From Amoeboradix gromovi X-113 (taxonomy: Eukaryota; Fungi; Sanchytriomycota), in the NCBI GenBank assembly GCA_018985225.1, contig JADGIF010000090.1, positions 1 to 21,718 of the forward strand: a stretch of 21,718 bases of DNA. Reading direction: 5' to 3'. This document shows, in pieces, positions 20,401-21,718 of this stretch (positions within the stretch are counted from its first letter, which is position 1; each line of letters starts with the position of its first letter). The notes beneath the pieces are model-generated. The model made no database searches. It had not been told where the DNA came from and saw only the letters and a list, made by a program, of their open reading frames with translations. The position numbers and the translations under genes were made by a program.

Positions 20401-20713
20401 ATTGAAGGATATTGTAGAGGAAGAGAAGATGGTTGGAGACTTGCTGAATCAAAACAAAATGGATACGGATAAAAACATAAACAAACTATTAAATGGCATA
20501 CAAGAGCATAGAAATTGCTTGAGAGATAAAGGACTATTGAGGCCAGAAAAGAGCAATGTATTATGCTGGTTATGCAATGATTTTTATCATCATTTAATGA
20601 GCTGTCCAGTTATCAGAGATGTAAAACAGTTGAGATACAAGCTAGTGGAATTTGAAAACAACCCAGGCTTAAAGATGATGATTGAGAGAGTATTGATGAT
20701 TGCGATGTCGTAA
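17492..20713 (+). CDS. CHD-family SNF2 chromatin remodeller, Mi-2/Mit1-like
   Basis: Chromodomains, ILADEMGLGKTIQ, DESH box, TGTPVQN, GINLTAA..VI..D.DFNP..D.QA..R.YRIGQ, LGRGMR, and a C-terminal CxxC...H...CP zinc knuckle. Confidence 0.9.
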   Translation: MSHLLPEVQPRIINDNQRSLIHCNSKRSFFAKELIISKPEKAGEDAWIVERLLDYDANKYLVLWHGNEQSWQPYQDLFDCPDLVYQFWQEQKKINISQPSEVRHQLKEMQMYAQDNSTETDEANSDEEPFAPGKTGSRSSDESGVQKTAHDLKRPAYDEPSSLSDDYDDLSELSAISYHNRKRKKAKRAEENPEYLVQEILTWQEEPDGTRSFACKLEDTSYHDLTWIPESELQVVSAAKYRNFMKARFVDPPIPVEDTFDPAYLKVHKVMIVEEDELLDNTSVKFYMIKWENLSYLYKTFETDIESLPNFQNALDRYNLSLECAKEMFKRPPKKRSYSKITAQPDFIPSHLILKTHQLDGLNRILYNWSIHKSMILADEMGLGKTIQTIVFISYLYFKYRLAPFIVIVPNSTLDNWEREFQKWAPFLSVLLFAGDVEDRESVKSYEAFFQGNLRFHVLITTYSTVRLDTLFIKKCGPFACLIVDESHNLKNERSILYNCVGQLQVDFTLFLTGTPVQNKIRELFALLNFLDPKEFGNINDLEQEYSNLHGQLVIDLLNKLRPYILRRTVKHIASELPLKKEVVIKCGMTKLQKELYKDVISKNAALLVALDQSTKGTRTDVWMQLMRISMHPYAVDADIEPRDLSSAEELRLLINSSGKYTILIQIMDKLYETNKKDPGTGRVIVFAQHKRSLDILQDILFKKQYPCFRMDGDTNRLERQSMFDAFNNDQESFAFIMTTRCGSEGINLTAASTVILMDMDFNPTVDKQAIGRCYRIGQVNRVLAIKLVTTNTVDERRLVIATKKSTLNRLLVKPLDSAEDLNSTDIDAMIKHGSKQMFENVEDDAHIKLTDEELRECLDKSNIEATEELINDEEDAFNTITPVQAIKLDIEVKESEQMKEKLDSGDNEFWNDLIVKKLKEEEEKRAKEMLGRGMRKKKNHLQNHLIDETENTKDGDFEYFSDYDDEDDELKDIVEEEKMVGDLLNQNKMDTDKNINKLLNGIQEHRNCLRDKGLLRPEKSNVLCWLCNDFYHHLMSCPVIRDVKQLRYKLVEFENNPGLKMMIERVLMIAMS

Positions 20714-20903
20714 TAATAAATAAATCATCAATTTAAATATGCTTAATAAGTTTCGACAAAATATCAGTGTCTAGTAGTTAATTCAAGTTGTAGATTTTGA
20801 CTGTTTTACGAAACAGCAGCCTTCAAGAGCCCACCATAACGCACATATAGATATTAATGTCTGTTTAGAGAATTAAAAATTAAATCAGTTTACTTTTCTG
20901 AAG

Positions 20904-21012
20904 TGCAGACCATATAAGCATATGGGACACCAAATATAAAAACTAGACTAACTGGTTTTTAAAGGAGGTGCACCATACGGAGGAAATGCTATTATTAATA
21001 AAAGATCTTCTA
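20904..21012 (-). ncRNA. Candidate omegaRNA (scaffold ~21012-20924 plus guide ~20923-20904, AUAUGCUUAUAUGGUCUGCA), copy C
   Basis: Between the Fanzor stop codon and the element end; stems GCACC/GGUGU and UAAAAAC/GUUUUUA are conserved with copy B. Confidence 0.55.
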
Positions 21013-21360
21013 TTATACCAATTTTCTTTTAATTACTTTCAATCCCCTCTTCAAAATAAAACTAGAAGACCCTGCATCTCGTTCAAATATATGAGGTCTT
21101 TGATCATCTAAGCAAAAGTTGCATTTTCTTAGACGGTACTCTTTCTTTCGATTGGTGATAACACTTAAACACTCGATGGTCGAATATGCCTCGTTTATAA
21201 TAAATAATTTCTGACCATACAATTTACCTTTCTGCGAAAATCTCCTCTTGAAAGTCTAGTGTCCAAGCGACTGCATATCTCGCTTTTGATTCTTTGGTAA
21301 GTTCTGCGTCATTACTTGTGACGCAAATTCAGGAAGCAAGATCACTGGATACTTACGCAA
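20924..21360 (-). mobile_element. Copy C: right end of the same TIR family carrying the 3' part of a Fanzor2 gene; left end not seen
   Basis: TIR 20924-20951 identical to 8118-8145; ~200 bp of homology with copy B; Fanzor coding relic inside. Confidence 0.88.
21013..21360 (-). pseudogene. 5'-truncated Fanzor2 (TnpB-family RNA-guided RuvC endonuclease) with an in-frame TAG at 21258-21256
   Basis: Minus-strand translation: LRKYPVILLPEFASQVMTQNLPKNQKRDMQSLGH*TFKRRFSQKGKLYGQKLFIINEAYSTIECLSVITNRKKEYRLRKCNFCLDDQRPHIFERDAGSSSFILKRGLKVIKRKLV*. This matches in order the Fanzor2 motifs Y..IllP.F...M, sHy.Fk.rl..K, vnEaYTS..C, C..C and DRD.n.a.nIl. Confidence 0.88.
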
Positions 21361-21510
21361 ATGATGTAGAATCAGTTATTGCTGCAGTCAAGGATGAAAG
21401 CGACATCCAACGTTTAGCCAAAAAACTTGGAATTGATGAAGAAATGTCAAATAGTGAGATGAAAAAGACTATCAAGAAAATGAGTCTGGACAACTTGCAC
21501 ATAAAAAAAT

Positions 21511-21718
21511 GGGTTCAACGGCTGGCTGCCACACACCATCTCTGGCGCATCGCGACACCGGAACAGCCTTTCTGTATCCTCAACTGTCGATACTAGCACA
21601 TCACCCCATCCCAGCATGGATTCCGACTTAGAGGCGTTCAACCGTTATCCTACGAGCGTAGCCGAGCTGCCCTAGCTGACCAGCTAACAGCACACACCAG
21701 AGGCTCGAATCAACGGTT
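21511..21718 (-). rRNA. 3' end of a divergent large-subunit (25S/28S) rRNA gene; continues beyond the window, 3' boundary approximate
   Basis: Minus strand reads AACCGTTGATTCG...GGATAACGGTTGAACGCCTCTAAGTCGGAATCCATGCT, matching the eukaryotic LSU sequence just after the sarcin-ricin loop. GC content rises sharply at ~21511. Confidence 0.85.

Noticed and set aside
21294-21641. ORFs 21294..21596 (+) and 21447..21641 (-)
   Set aside because: Both run into the rRNA, and the first also overlaps the antisense strand of the Fanzor relic. The 21361-21500 portion could be an unrelated gene fragment but cannot be supported.

Overview
AT-rich, very gene-dense eukaryotic DNA of fungal/holomycotan type (standard genetic code; genes end in TAA or TGA). 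It holds six recognisable housekeeping genes (alpha-COP, PIG-N/Mcd4, Vps53, LIS1/Pac1, Pan2, and a CHD/Mit1-like remodeller), a probable Spindly dynein adaptor, one unknown helical protein, and the 3' end of a divergent LSU rRNA at the right edge. Three ORF breaks are explained by tiny 19-20 nt GT-AG introns. The main hidden feature is not visible in the ORF track: three co-oriented (minus-strand) copies of one DNA transposon family with 28-bp GGG...CCC terminal inverted repeats, at 1-150, 8118-8566 and 20924-~21360. Two of the copies carry degenerate coding sequence for a Fanzor2-type (eukaryotic TnpB) RNA-guided nuclease, followed by a conserved, structurally supported candidate omegaRNA at the right end. 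All protein assignments come from motif recognition by eye; no searches were run.
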